The notes under the pieces: model-generated
What the model was told of the DNA's origin: nothing
Databases searched by the model: none
The model's input: the letters and a program-made list of their open reading frames with translations, nothing else
Made by a program: the position numbers and the translations under genes
Assembly: GCA_964579365.1 (NCBI GenBank)
Contig: CAZOFW010000002.1
Location: forward strand, 1-40,194
From: an uncultured Candidatus Saccharibacteria bacterium
Lineage (GTDB): Bacteria > Patescibacteriota > Dojkabacteria > SC72
Length of the DNA stretch: 40,194 nucleotides
Reading direction: 5' to 3'
In this document: positions 23,939-32,010 of the stretch, in pieces
How positions within the stretch are numbered: the stretch's first letter is position 1
Layout of the letters: each line of letters begins with the position of its first letter

Positions 23939-24940
23939 ATGTTTAAAAAATTCATAACTAAATACAACCTTCCCTCTTTTAGATTAAAACAGTTGCAAGA
24001 GCAGTACTTTCAACACAATATATCTTCTTGGGATGAGTTAACCACATGGTCTAAAGATATGAGGGAGACATTAAAAAAGGAAGTCCCCTTCTCTAAGCTT
24101 TCCAATTGCCAAGAATTTAGTTCAAGTGATGGTAGAACTGTAAAATTACTGTCATACACCAGTGATGGGTATCCAGTAGAAACGGTTTTAATGAGGAACA
24201 AGGAAAGACTAACCATCTGCATAAGTAGTATGAGTGGTTGTCCTGTTGGTTGTAAGTTCTGTGCAACAGGAAGAATGAAAAACAACAGAATCCTTGATGA
24301 GCAAGAGATAATTGACCAAGTTATGCATTTTAAAAGGAAATTAGCAAAGAAAAACGAGAGTGTTACAAATATTGTTTTTATGGGTATGGGAGAGCCTTTG
24401 TTGAATTTAAGCAATGTGCTTAAAGCCATAAAGATACTTACAGATCCCGAGTTAATTGGGCTTGGTAGAAGAAGGATTACCCTTTCTACGGTTGGATATA
24501 TAGAACCATTAAAAGAATTTTTCAAAGCAAATACGGGTGTTAAATTGGCAATTAGTCTACATGCACCAACCCAGAAGCTAAGAGAGTTCTTAATGTCAAA
24601 GGTAGCTAAGGAGAACAGGTTAGATGATTTGATGAAGATATTGATAGATTACCAGAAAAAGAAGGGAAAGAAGGTCACATACGAATATATATTAATAAAG
24701 GATGTAAATGATTCAGTAGAGCATGCTAAAGAGTTAGCAAAGTTGCTTAAGAACCAGATTTGTTTGGTTAATTTGATTAATTTCAATAAATCGGACAATA
24801 TTCCTTTCGAAGCTACAACAAAGAGAAGGGTTGAGGATTTTCAAACTATTCTTAATTCAAGAGATATTAACAATACACTTAGATATTCCCATGGTAATGA
24901 TATTCTTGCTGCTTGTGGACAGTTGGCTTCAAAACAATAG
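23939..24940 (+). CDS. rlmN: 23S rRNA/tRNA adenine-C2 methyltransferase RlmN (radical SAM)
   Basis: 333 aa with SMSGCPVGCKFCATG (CxxxCxxC), FMGMGEPLLN, and a conserved C-terminal Cys (AACGQL). Confidence 0.9.
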   Translation: MFKKFITKYNLPSFRLKQLQEQYFQHNISSWDELTTWSKDMRETLKKEVPFSKLSNCQEFSSSDGRTVKLLSYTSDGYPVETVLMRNKERLTICISSMSGCPVGCKFCATGRMKNNRILDEQEIIDQVMHFKRKLAKKNESVTNIVFMGMGEPLLNLSNVLKAIKILTDPELIGLGRRRITLSTVGYIEPLKEFFKANTGVKLAISLHAPTQKLREFLMSKVAKENRLDDLMKILIDYQKKKGKKVTYEYILIKDVNDSVEHAKELAKLLKNQICLVNLINFNKSDNIPFEATTKRRVEDFQTILNSRDINNTLRYSHGNDILAACGQLASKQ

Positions 24941-24942
24941 CT

Positions 24943-25962
24943 CTATAGTGAATATTCAACAAAACTATTTTCCGAGGGAAGGCCATAGCAGAAAAAAGCT
25001 TTTGATTCATTTGGAAGAAAGATGGCAGAGCCAATTGTCTCTTTTTCCCTACATATAGGATATTCACTGTCTTGTCTATCAGAAAGTATGCCTCTTACAT
25101 CATTAAAACCCATCTTCTCTTTAACAAGCTCCCTTGCTCTTTCATATCTTCTTTCGGAACTTTTTGTATGGAAATCTTCATACTCCTTTAATTCTGGAGT
25201 AAGATAGTGGTTTGTATGAATGTACGGTTTGCCTAATGAATTTTCAATACCAACCCTATCTCCTGCTATCTCGATGTTTCGGACATTCTCTCCTTGTACC
25301 AATACATGATTAAAACCAGATGCCCTTGGCACAGATTCGATTATTTCCTCCGCTTCAGTTAATGATTTTGCTTCTAAAATTGCTCTCGCTATATAATTCT
25401 TTGGCACTCCTATTCCGTTTGCCTGATGTAAATCATTAATACACTGGACTAATCCGAATGAATTCATAGAAGCAGAAAGACCTGGAACTCCAACATTGTA
25501 GTTCAAACCAATGAAAGACCTCTCTTTCATTTTAACTTTCAATATATATAATTCATCGATAACATCGATAGACCAATCTTCATTGTGACCAATGATCGGG
25601 AATCCATTGTTAAATCCAACAACAACCGTACAATGATCTTGGTTTACCATATCTTGCCTATCGGACTCTTCAAAAGGATCATATGCCTCACGATTATTGA
25701 TGAAGAAGTAATCAATCAAAGGTACCTCTGCTGAATTAGCAATCGCTTCAGACTCGTCTATTAAATTGGGAAAATACTCACGGGTAATGGACAAACAGGC
25801 ATTTGATTTTTCAAGATATGTATCATAGCGATCAATCTCTAGTTTTCTTTTCCTCACACTTTCTTGGATTTGTTTTCTGAATGTAGTGCCAATGAATTCC
25901 CCTATCTCCTTATATCCACCAGATATTTCATAATACGGAAGTTTTTTGCTTTCCTTTTCCAT
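24943..25962 (-). CDS. C45-family Ntn hydrolase (acyl-CoA:6-APA acyltransferase-like peptidase)
   Basis: 339 aa. DHCTVVVGF is the candidate nucleophile Cys, and PIIGHNEDW is typical of peptidase C45 / choloylglycine-hydrolase-like folds. Confidence 0.65.
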   Translation of the reverse strand: MEKESKKLPYYEISGGYKEIGEFIGTTFRKQIQESVRKRKLEIDRYDTYLEKSNACLSITREYFPNLIDESEAIANSAEVPLIDYFFINNREAYDPFEESDRQDMVNQDHCTVVVGFNNGFPIIGHNEDWSIDVIDELYILKVKMKERSFIGLNYNVGVPGLSASMNSFGLVQCINDLHQANGIGVPKNYIARAILEAKSLTEAEEIIESVPRASGFNHVLVQGENVRNIEIAGDRVGIENSLGKPYIHTNHYLTPELKEYEDFHTKSSERRYERARELVKEKMGFNDVRGILSDRQDSEYPICREKETIGSAIFLPNESKAFFCYGLPSENSFVEYSL

Positions 25963-25988
25963 TCATTAAATCCTAATTTTATAATACA

Positions 25989-26062
25989 TCGGGGTGACTC
26001 GACTTGAACGAGCGACCTCTACGTCCCGAACGTAGCGCTCTAGCCATCTGAGCTACACCCCG
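25989..26062 (-). tRNA. tRNA-Pro (anticodon CGG)
   Basis: Reverse complement: CGGGGTG-TA-GCTC-AGATGGCTA-GAGC-G-CTACG-TTCGGGA-CGTAG-AGGTC-GCTCG-TTCAAGT-CGAGT-CACCCCG-A. G37 fits a Pro tRNA. CCA is not encoded. Confidence 0.9.
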
Positions 26063-26251
26063 TTATTTTACTTCCTTCTTATTCTCTTTTTGGAAATCCA
26101 CATACTGTTTTACAAGCCCAGCTAGCAATACAACTGCATCATCTACATTTCCCAATAAAGGTATAGCGTCAGCTATTAGATCTATTGGCAGTATTAAATA
26201 CAGTAGTGCAACAACAATAACCCATTTCTTTTTTAAAAATTCTCCTAACAT
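26063..26251 (-). CDS. DUF1232 (YkvA-like) small membrane protein
   Basis: 62 aa. LLYLILPIDLIADAIPLLGNVDDAVVL matches the DUF1232 core motif. Confidence 0.65.
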   Translation of the reverse strand: MLGEFLKKKWVIVVALLYLILPIDLIADAIPLLGNVDDAVVLLAGLVKQYVDFQKENKKEVK

Positions 26252-26272
26252 ATTCGTAATATATAAAATTAA

Positions 26273-28042
26273 CTACATCTGCTCCACAACCTCTATACCT
26301 AAGAGATTTAAACCATCTTTCATTGTAATCATGGTAGCCTCTACTACACTTAAGAGAAATACTTTGTCATCATCCTGAGCATCAAGTACCCGAACATTCT
26401 GGTAGAAGTTGTTAAATTTCTGTCCTAAATCGAACAGATATTGGCAAAGTATTGATGGAGAATAACTCATACCCGAGTTAAGCACAACGCCCCCATACTT
26501 GCCAATATGCGCAAGTAACTCCTTTGTGTAAGGGTTTGCCAAACAGCTACCCAAGCATAGACTTCCCAAATCCTTGCAACCAGAATCCTTCAATATGGAA
26601 TTACCCCTTGCATAAACGTAGAGAAGATATGGACCAGTATCGCCATCGAAACTAATACTCTTTTCGAAATCAAAGACAACATCCTTACCTACCCCTACTT
26701 TAAGAAAAGCGTACTTTATAGCGGCTTGAGATATCTTTTCAGCAGTCTCGTCCTTCTCACCCTTACCATTTTCCTCCATTACAGCCAGAACTCTCTTTTT
26801 TGTTTCATCTAGCAACCACTGGGCCTCTATGATTTTTCCTTTTCTACTAGACATTTTCTCTGCACCAGGAAGCCTGACCATACCATGAGATATATGCCTT
26901 GTCTTTCCTGCGAGATCTTTTCTAACCTTGCCTAAAGCATCAAACAATACCTTGAAATAACCTGCTTGTTCGTTACCAGTAATGATTATTGACTCATCGT
27001 AATCTACTAGCTCATCTTTCTTTATTGCCAAACCTAAATCTTTCGCTTCATATGTTGGAATTCCATATTTATTTACGAAAACCCTTGTATGCAAGCCCTT
27101 TTCTTTGTCTCCTTCATATATAATTGCACCATCATCTTCCTTAAACACACTCCCTACATTATCTAGAACTACCTTCAAACCACTCTCCCCGACTTCACTT
27201 TCGAAGAAGTAGTAGTCAAAAGAGGTACCTACTCGGTCATATATCGTTTCAAAGTAATCTAAACACCACAATCTACCCTTCTGGTATATATCTTTTAGAT
27301 CAATTCCCTCGTACTGTGGAGCTTCTTTCTTCTCTAATTGAGATACAAACATTGAGAATATATAGTAATTAATAGCATCTATCTCCTTAATTGCGTCCTC
27401 ATCCTTCTCATCATCGTAATACTGGAAACCAAGCATATACGCGTCGCCCAAGTACTTTACCCTATCCACTAAACTCTTTTTCTCAATATCTTCAAATGAT
27501 CTCCCCTCCTCACTCATTTTTTTAATAATTCCCCACAAAGTCTTGGCAACATGAAGACCTACATCCCCTTGGTAGTTAGCCCTCTTAACCGTAGCACCTA
27601 GGGCCTCTGAAAGCCTAGCAAAGGATTCTCCTACGACATTGGTATATAGATGACCAATATGTAGTATTTTGAATGGATTTGCGTCTGTGTACTCGATAAC
27701 AATCTTCTTATCCTCTTTGCCACCAATCTTAGAAAATTCCCCACTCTTTACCTTACTTAACTCCTTAAGTAAATGCTGGCTTGATACAAAGAAATTGATA
27801 AATCCAGGCTTTACCGCCTCTATCTTCTCAATATCCACATCTTCGGAGATCTTGGAAACAATATCATTTGCAATATCTAAAGGGTTTCTTTTCAAAGCAG
27901 AAGAAAGCCTCATTGCAATATTGCTTGAGAAGTCACCATTTCCTTCAATCCTTGGTTCTTCCACCTCTATTACATCATACTCAACACCCATCTCTTTAAG
28001 AGAGCTGGCAATCATTACTTCAATCTTCTTCTTAATATCCAT
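26273..28042 (-). CDS. argS: arginine--tRNA ligase
   Basis: 589 aa from the ATG at 28042; the track's longer ORF would run into tRNA-Arg. It has a HIGH motif (NPFKILHIGHLYTNVVGE), an MSSRKG stretch in the KMSKS-loop position, a DALR-type anticodon-binding C-terminus, and a terminal Met (...VVEQM). Confidence 0.93.
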   Translation of the reverse strand: MDIKKKIEVMIASSLKEMGVEYDVIEVEEPRIEGNGDFSSNIAMRLSSALKRNPLDIANDIVSKISEDVDIEKIEAVKPGFINFFVSSQHLLKELSKVKSGEFSKIGGKEDKKIVIEYTDANPFKILHIGHLYTNVVGESFARLSEALGATVKRANYQGDVGLHVAKTLWGIIKKMSEEGRSFEDIEKKSLVDRVKYLGDAYMLGFQYYDDEKDEDAIKEIDAINYYIFSMFVSQLEKKEAPQYEGIDLKDIYQKGRLWCLDYFETIYDRVGTSFDYYFFESEVGESGLKVVLDNVGSVFKEDDGAIIYEGDKEKGLHTRVFVNKYGIPTYEAKDLGLAIKKDELVDYDESIIITGNEQAGYFKVLFDALGKVRKDLAGKTRHISHGMVRLPGAEKMSSRKGKIIEAQWLLDETKKRVLAVMEENGKGEKDETAEKISQAAIKYAFLKVGVGKDVVFDFEKSISFDGDTGPYLLYVYARGNSILKDSGCKDLGSLCLGSCLANPYTKELLAHIGKYGGVVLNSGMSYSPSILCQYLFDLGQKFNNFYQNVRVLDAQDDDKVFLLSVVEATMITMKDGLNLLGIEVVEQM

Positions 28043-28063
28043 ATTCTTTATTCTAACATAATG

Positions 28064-28137
28064 CGCACTCGGAGGGATTCGAACCCCCAACCGTCGGTTC
28101 CGAAGACCGATGCTCTATCCAGTTGAGCCACGAGTGC
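28064..28137 (-). tRNA. tRNA-Arg (anticodon TCG)
   Basis: Reverse complement: GCACTCG-TG-GCTC-AACTGGATA-GAGC-A-TCGGT-CTTCGGA-ACCGA-CGGTT-GGGGG-TTCGAAT-CCCTC-CGAGTGC-G. It lies 21 nt upstream of the argS start. Confidence 0.9.
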
Positions 28138-28149
28138 ACTTCAAATATA

Positions 28150-28223
28150 CGTACCTGGCCGGAATCGAACCGACAACCGTTGGCTCCGCAAGCCAATGCT
28201 CTATCCAATTGAGCTACAGGTAC
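28150..28223 (-). tRNA. tRNA-Arg (anticodon GCG)
   Basis: Reverse complement: GTACCTG-TA-GCTC-AATTGGATA-GAGC-A-TTGGC-TTGCGGA-GCCAA-CGGTT-GTCGG-TTCGATT-CCGGC-CAGGTAC-G. Its T-arm is identical to that of the tRNA-Arg(CCT) at 17774-17847. Confidence 0.88.
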
Positions 28224-28259
28224 AAAAGAGCTATTAATGTATTAATTCTATCACAATTA

Positions 28260-29069
28260 TTACAATTCAAATACAATATTCCCTTGCTCATATGTTATTA
28301 AATATTGCACATTAAGCTTTTTGAACATTTCAACTGTTTCATCATGGGGATGACCGAATTTATTCCCTTCACCAACGGAACAGATGGCAATCTCTGGTTT
28401 GACAGAATTGAGAAACATCTCCGAAGATGCTGTCCTTGAGCAGTGGTGTCCTGCCTTGAGTATATCTACATCAACGATATCACCAGAAATCTCCTCCTCA
28501 ACTTCCTTCTCAGCGTCTCCAGTCAAAAGGAATCGTTTTCCATTAACTTCTACATCCAAAATAACAGATTCATTGTTAATATTTTTCTCACACTTAGCCT
28601 CTACAGGATACGCTACAGATACAGAGATATTCCCATACTGAAGCTTAGTCGAAGAATCAACTTTAACCAGTTTGTCAGCGTATTTTTCAGCTAAGAAGAC
28701 ATATGAGGGAGTATCTGTGCACGACGGAGAATACCAGATACTATCTACATTATAATTCTCCAAAACCATCAGCAACCCTTTCAGATGATCATCGTGGGCA
28801 TGCGTGAGCACGACAACCTCGATTGTCCTGTCATATACCGGCATATACTTTGGAAGTTGGAACAACACTGCATCGTCTGGTCCTCCATCTACTAGGATTT
28901 GAAACCCCTCTTGCTGTATTAGAGTTGCATCCCCCTGCCCTACATCAAGGAACGCAACTACAGGCCCATGGCTATTCCCTCTACTCTGCACAAAAGCCGC
29001 AATTACGACAAACAAAATCACTAACCAATTTTTAAGAAAAAACCTTAAGATAGTAGTTAGAATTTTCAT
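28260..29069 (-). CDS. ComEC C-terminal metallo-beta-lactamase domain encoded as a separate ORF
   Basis: 269 aa with an N-terminal TM helix, VAFLDVGQGDATLI, VVLTHAHDDHLKGL (HxHxDH) and ILKAGHHCSRTASS. It overlaps the upstream comEC ORF by 38 nt in a different frame. Confidence 0.8.
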   Translation of the reverse strand: MKILTTILRFFLKNWLVILFVVIAAFVQSRGNSHGPVVAFLDVGQGDATLIQQEGFQILVDGGPDDAVLFQLPKYMPVYDRTIEVVVLTHAHDDHLKGLLMVLENYNVDSIWYSPSCTDTPSYVFLAEKYADKLVKVDSSTKLQYGNISVSVAYPVEAKCEKNINNESVILDVEVNGKRFLLTGDAEKEVEEEISGDIVDVDILKAGHHCSRTASSEMFLNSVKPEIAICSVGEGNKFGHPHDETVEMFKKLNVQYLITYEQGNIVFEL

Positions 29070-30624
29070 CTCCTACAGGATAGTAATATATACAAAATAA
29101 TACAATAATTATCACCAAAAATATTGATGTCCACCTTCCATCAGTTAGATTCCAATAACCAAAACCACTCTTCCCGATTAACTGCACCACTGCTTCAACA
29201 TACTTTAGCTGCAGATCCACAACCAACATTAAGAAATTGCTGGATAAAACAAGTCCTAGTGCTCCAAACAACATAGTTGATTCAATAACAGGCAATACCA
29301 AAGTATTGGCCAAAACAGCCCACATTGAAAAGGTCTGGAATGTAGATATTGATATTGGAAGAGTAGCAATTGTACAGCTGATAGTAGTTAGCACAGTATT
29401 AACGAAAAATCCCTCCTTGGAACCAATCTTTAAAGCATTAGTGATCGATGGAAGAAGATATATAAGACCACCTGTAGCACAGCAAGATAGTTGAAATCCC
29501 ACATCAAAAACAATCTTTGGATTAAATAGTACAAAAATAAAGATACAGAGAAAAAAGATCGTATGGATTTCCCCTCTCCGGCCAAAAAGCAGACCAATTA
29601 AAGATACACTTGCCATTATACAGGCCCTGACTATCGATGCGGACACACCGGAAAGTAGACAGAAACACCAAATTAAGACTACAGATATTACAATTCTCAC
29701 ATTCTTCGGCAGAAATTTCAAAGACGAGTTCAGCACTATAAGCAAGATAGTTACATTGTATCCAGAGGCAGCAACTATGTGACTTATACCTGCAATACGA
29801 ACATAAGAATCGAAGGTTTTGCTAAAAAGCCTGTTCTCACCCATTAATATGCCCACAAACAAGGAGGACAGTGGCTCATTTATATATTTCTCCACTTTTT
29901 CTATAATTTTTTGTTTCAAATCGACAAGAGATCTTCGCAAAATATAACTACTCTTAAAATCCTCACACTCGACTTTGGGGTACTCCATTAAAAAATAAAT
30001 ATTTTTGTTTTTTAGAAATTTTTTGTAATCAAAATTTTCGGAATTTTTTGGTTCGACTAAATTGCCAGAAAATTTACACTCATCCCCTACTTGAAATTTT
30101 TCAAATCTTTCAACTTTGACTAAAATATCTCCTGAAATATCACTATCCCGTAGAGGGTGCACTGTGAGATTCTGGTAACTGTGCTTTTGGGCTGGTTCAG
30201 AAAGAACATAACCCTCAAATTCTGTGTAACCCGAAGTGAAACTCGTTGCTGAATTTGAAACAATTTCTTCCTTGCCTACAATAGCGCTGGATCGCACCAG
30301 GCTAAAAGTGGCTATAGCAAAGACAAGAAGAAATATACTCATACCTACCCTCCTCCTCTCTCTAAGGTCCCTCATATCCCTACCCATAAAATTGTTGTCT
30401 CTTTCTCTTTTGGCTATACAGCCATACATCACAAGGCATAGGAGTATAGACGCAACCGCGTAGAACAATCCGATAGTTGGCACACTCGTACTGTTTCTCA
30501 GAAGGACTATTCCAACTGAAATATATATGACATGTAAAACAGAGACCAAGATGATTTTGAAATCCCAAACATAAACAACCAAACTTACAAACCTCTGAGC
30601 AAAAACTTTGGGAGAGTGAAACAT
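29032..30624 (-). CDS. comEC: DNA internalisation channel ComEC/Rec2 (DUF4131 plus competence TM domain, no MBL domain)
   Basis: 530 aa from the ATG at 30624; the track start at 30678 would overlap comEA. It is multi-pass, with RIAGISHIVAASGYNVTILL and LSGVSASIVRACIMA motifs typical of the ComEC competence domain. Confidence 0.8.
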   Translation of the reverse strand: MFHSPKVFAQRFVSLVVYVWDFKIILVSVLHVIYISVGIVLLRNSTSVPTIGLFYAVASILLCLVMYGCIAKRERDNNFMGRDMRDLRERRRVGMSIFLLVFAIATFSLVRSSAIVGKEEIVSNSATSFTSGYTEFEGYVLSEPAQKHSYQNLTVHPLRDSDISGDILVKVERFEKFQVGDECKFSGNLVEPKNSENFDYKKFLKNKNIYFLMEYPKVECEDFKSSYILRRSLVDLKQKIIEKVEKYINEPLSSLFVGILMGENRLFSKTFDSYVRIAGISHIVAASGYNVTILLIVLNSSLKFLPKNVRIVISVVLIWCFCLLSGVSASIVRACIMASVSLIGLLFGRRGEIHTIFFLCIFIFVLFNPKIVFDVGFQLSCCATGGLIYLLPSITNALKIGSKEGFFVNTVLTTISCTIATLPISISTFQTFSMWAVLANTLVLPVIESTMLFGALGLVLSSNFLMLVVDLQLKYVEAVVQLIGKSGFGYWNLTDGRWTSIFLVIIIVLFCIYYYPVGDENSNYYLKVFS

Positions 30625-30625
30625 T

Positions 30626-31282
30626 CTAAATACATATTTTGTCCTTAAATTTGTCCAGGGTAGCCTGTCCAATTCCACTCACATTTAGAAGATCGTCTAC
30701 CTGTGCGTATGGTCTTCCGGTTATTATCTTCTGCGCAGTAGAATCTCCCACTCCGCTTAGTGTTGTTAGTTCCTCTTTGCTTGCTGTGTTGATGTTTATA
30801 CATGTAGTTGAGTTATTTTCTGTATCATTATTTCCGATAGTATTATTGAGATTATCTTCTATATCTTTAGCCGTAACTGCAAATTCCTGTAGTTTGCAAT
30901 CTACATCTTTTTCAAAGGGGATATATATCTTCTGATTATTTCTAAGTGGAAGTGCAAGATTAATCTTTCTAGATAGATACTCCCCTGCATAACCTTTCTT
31001 AAGGCCACCAGAGATATTTAGAGCATCTATAACTATGGAGCCTTCGTCAAAGCAGTAGACATTTGGCCTAGCAACAGCACCAGATACATCTACCCTAATT
31101 GGGCATTCTTTCTTCTCTTCGACTACAGGCTTACATTTATTTTCTACTACATATACACTCTGTTCTTTAAGGTTATTCCCTATCTTGCCTAGCTTTGGTA
31201 CTAGGTAATAAACAGTAAGTGCACCAACAAAAAATCCCAAAAGAAGGCACGCAATGGATACATAAATATATCTTCTGTTCAT
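30626..31282 (-). CDS. comEA: competence protein ComEA (TM anchor, SLBB-like domain, helix-hairpin-helix DNA-binding domain)
   Basis: 218 aa. The C-terminus INTASKEELTTLSGVGDSTAQKIITGRPYAQVDDLLNVSGIGQATLDKFKDKI is a tandem HhH motif. Confidence 0.85.
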   Translation of the reverse strand: MNRRYIYVSIACLLLGFFVGALTVYYLVPKLGKIGNNLKEQSVYVVENKCKPVVEEKKECPIRVDVSGAVARPNVYCFDEGSIVIDALNISGGLKKGYAGEYLSRKINLALPLRNNQKIYIPFEKDVDCKLQEFAVTAKDIEDNLNNTIGNNDTENNSTTCININTASKEELTTLSGVGDSTAQKIITGRPYAQVDDLLNVSGIGQATLDKFKDKICI

Positions 31283-31317
31283 ACAGAAGAATATATCTCA
31301 CAGAGATTAAAAAATGA

Positions 31318-31974
31318 TTAATTCTCCAGTATCTGGATTGACTCTACAGTGACATTATTGGCCGGTTTATCGTTGGAGTCAGTAGTTACCCTCTCGATAG
31401 AATCAACGACTGCAAAGCCCTCTACAACCTCTCCAAAGATGGTGTAATTTCCATCTAGGTTCGACATAGCACTCTGTGGAATATTTCCACTAGTTATGAA
31501 GAATTGAGAACCATTTGTATCTGGTCCTGCATTGGCCATTCCAAGTGTATATGGTTTGTATTTCCTACTTGTTATCTCGTCATCTATGGTATATCCAGGG
31601 CCTCCACTACCCGTCCCTGTTGGATCTCCTGTTTGTATAACGAAATTTTTAATTACTCTGTGGAAGGTAACTCCCTCATAGTATCTTTGTCCTATTAAAA
31701 AGAGGAAGCTGTTTACTGTATCTGGTGTTTCGTTTTCGAAAAGATCAATAGTTATATCTCCTACCGATGTTTTAAGAACTACTTTGTAATCTATTCCCTT
31801 CTCTAAAACACTTTCTGGTTTGGTAAATTGCATTGTATCTGTATTGATTAAATTATTTGTATTAATGGTAGAACCTTTCATAAAGGAAAGCCCTACTATG
31901 GAGGCAACAAGTAGTCCTACCGAGAGTAGCAATATTTTTTTATTATCTTTTAATCCATCTTTAAGTCCTGGCAT
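31318..31974 (-). CDS. membrane-anchored cyclophilin-type peptidyl-prolyl cis-trans isomerase
   Basis: 218 aa with an N-terminal TM helix, FHRVIKNFVIQTGDPTGTGSGGPGY and LGMANAGPDTNGSQFFIT. Confidence 0.9.
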   Translation of the reverse strand: MPGLKDGLKDNKKILLLSVGLLVASIVGLSFMKGSTINTNNLINTDTMQFTKPESVLEKGIDYKVVLKTSVGDITIDLFENETPDTVNSFLFLIGQRYYEGVTFHRVIKNFVIQTGDPTGTGSGGPGYTIDDEITSRKYKPYTLGMANAGPDTNGSQFFITSGNIPQSAMSNLDGNYTIFGEVVEGFAVVDSIERVTTDSNDKPANNVTVESIQILEN

Positions 31975-32010
31975 ATTACAGGATACTATATTTATATATT
32001 CTGATGCAAA

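Noticed and set aside
28043-28090. 16-codon N-terminal extension of argS (MGVRIPPSAHYVRIKN).
   Set aside because: It would read through tRNA-Arg(TCG). The internal Met at 28042 gives a normal ArgRS N-terminus.
28110-28301. 63-aa plus-strand ORF.
   Set aside because: It is antisense to the two tRNA-Arg genes.
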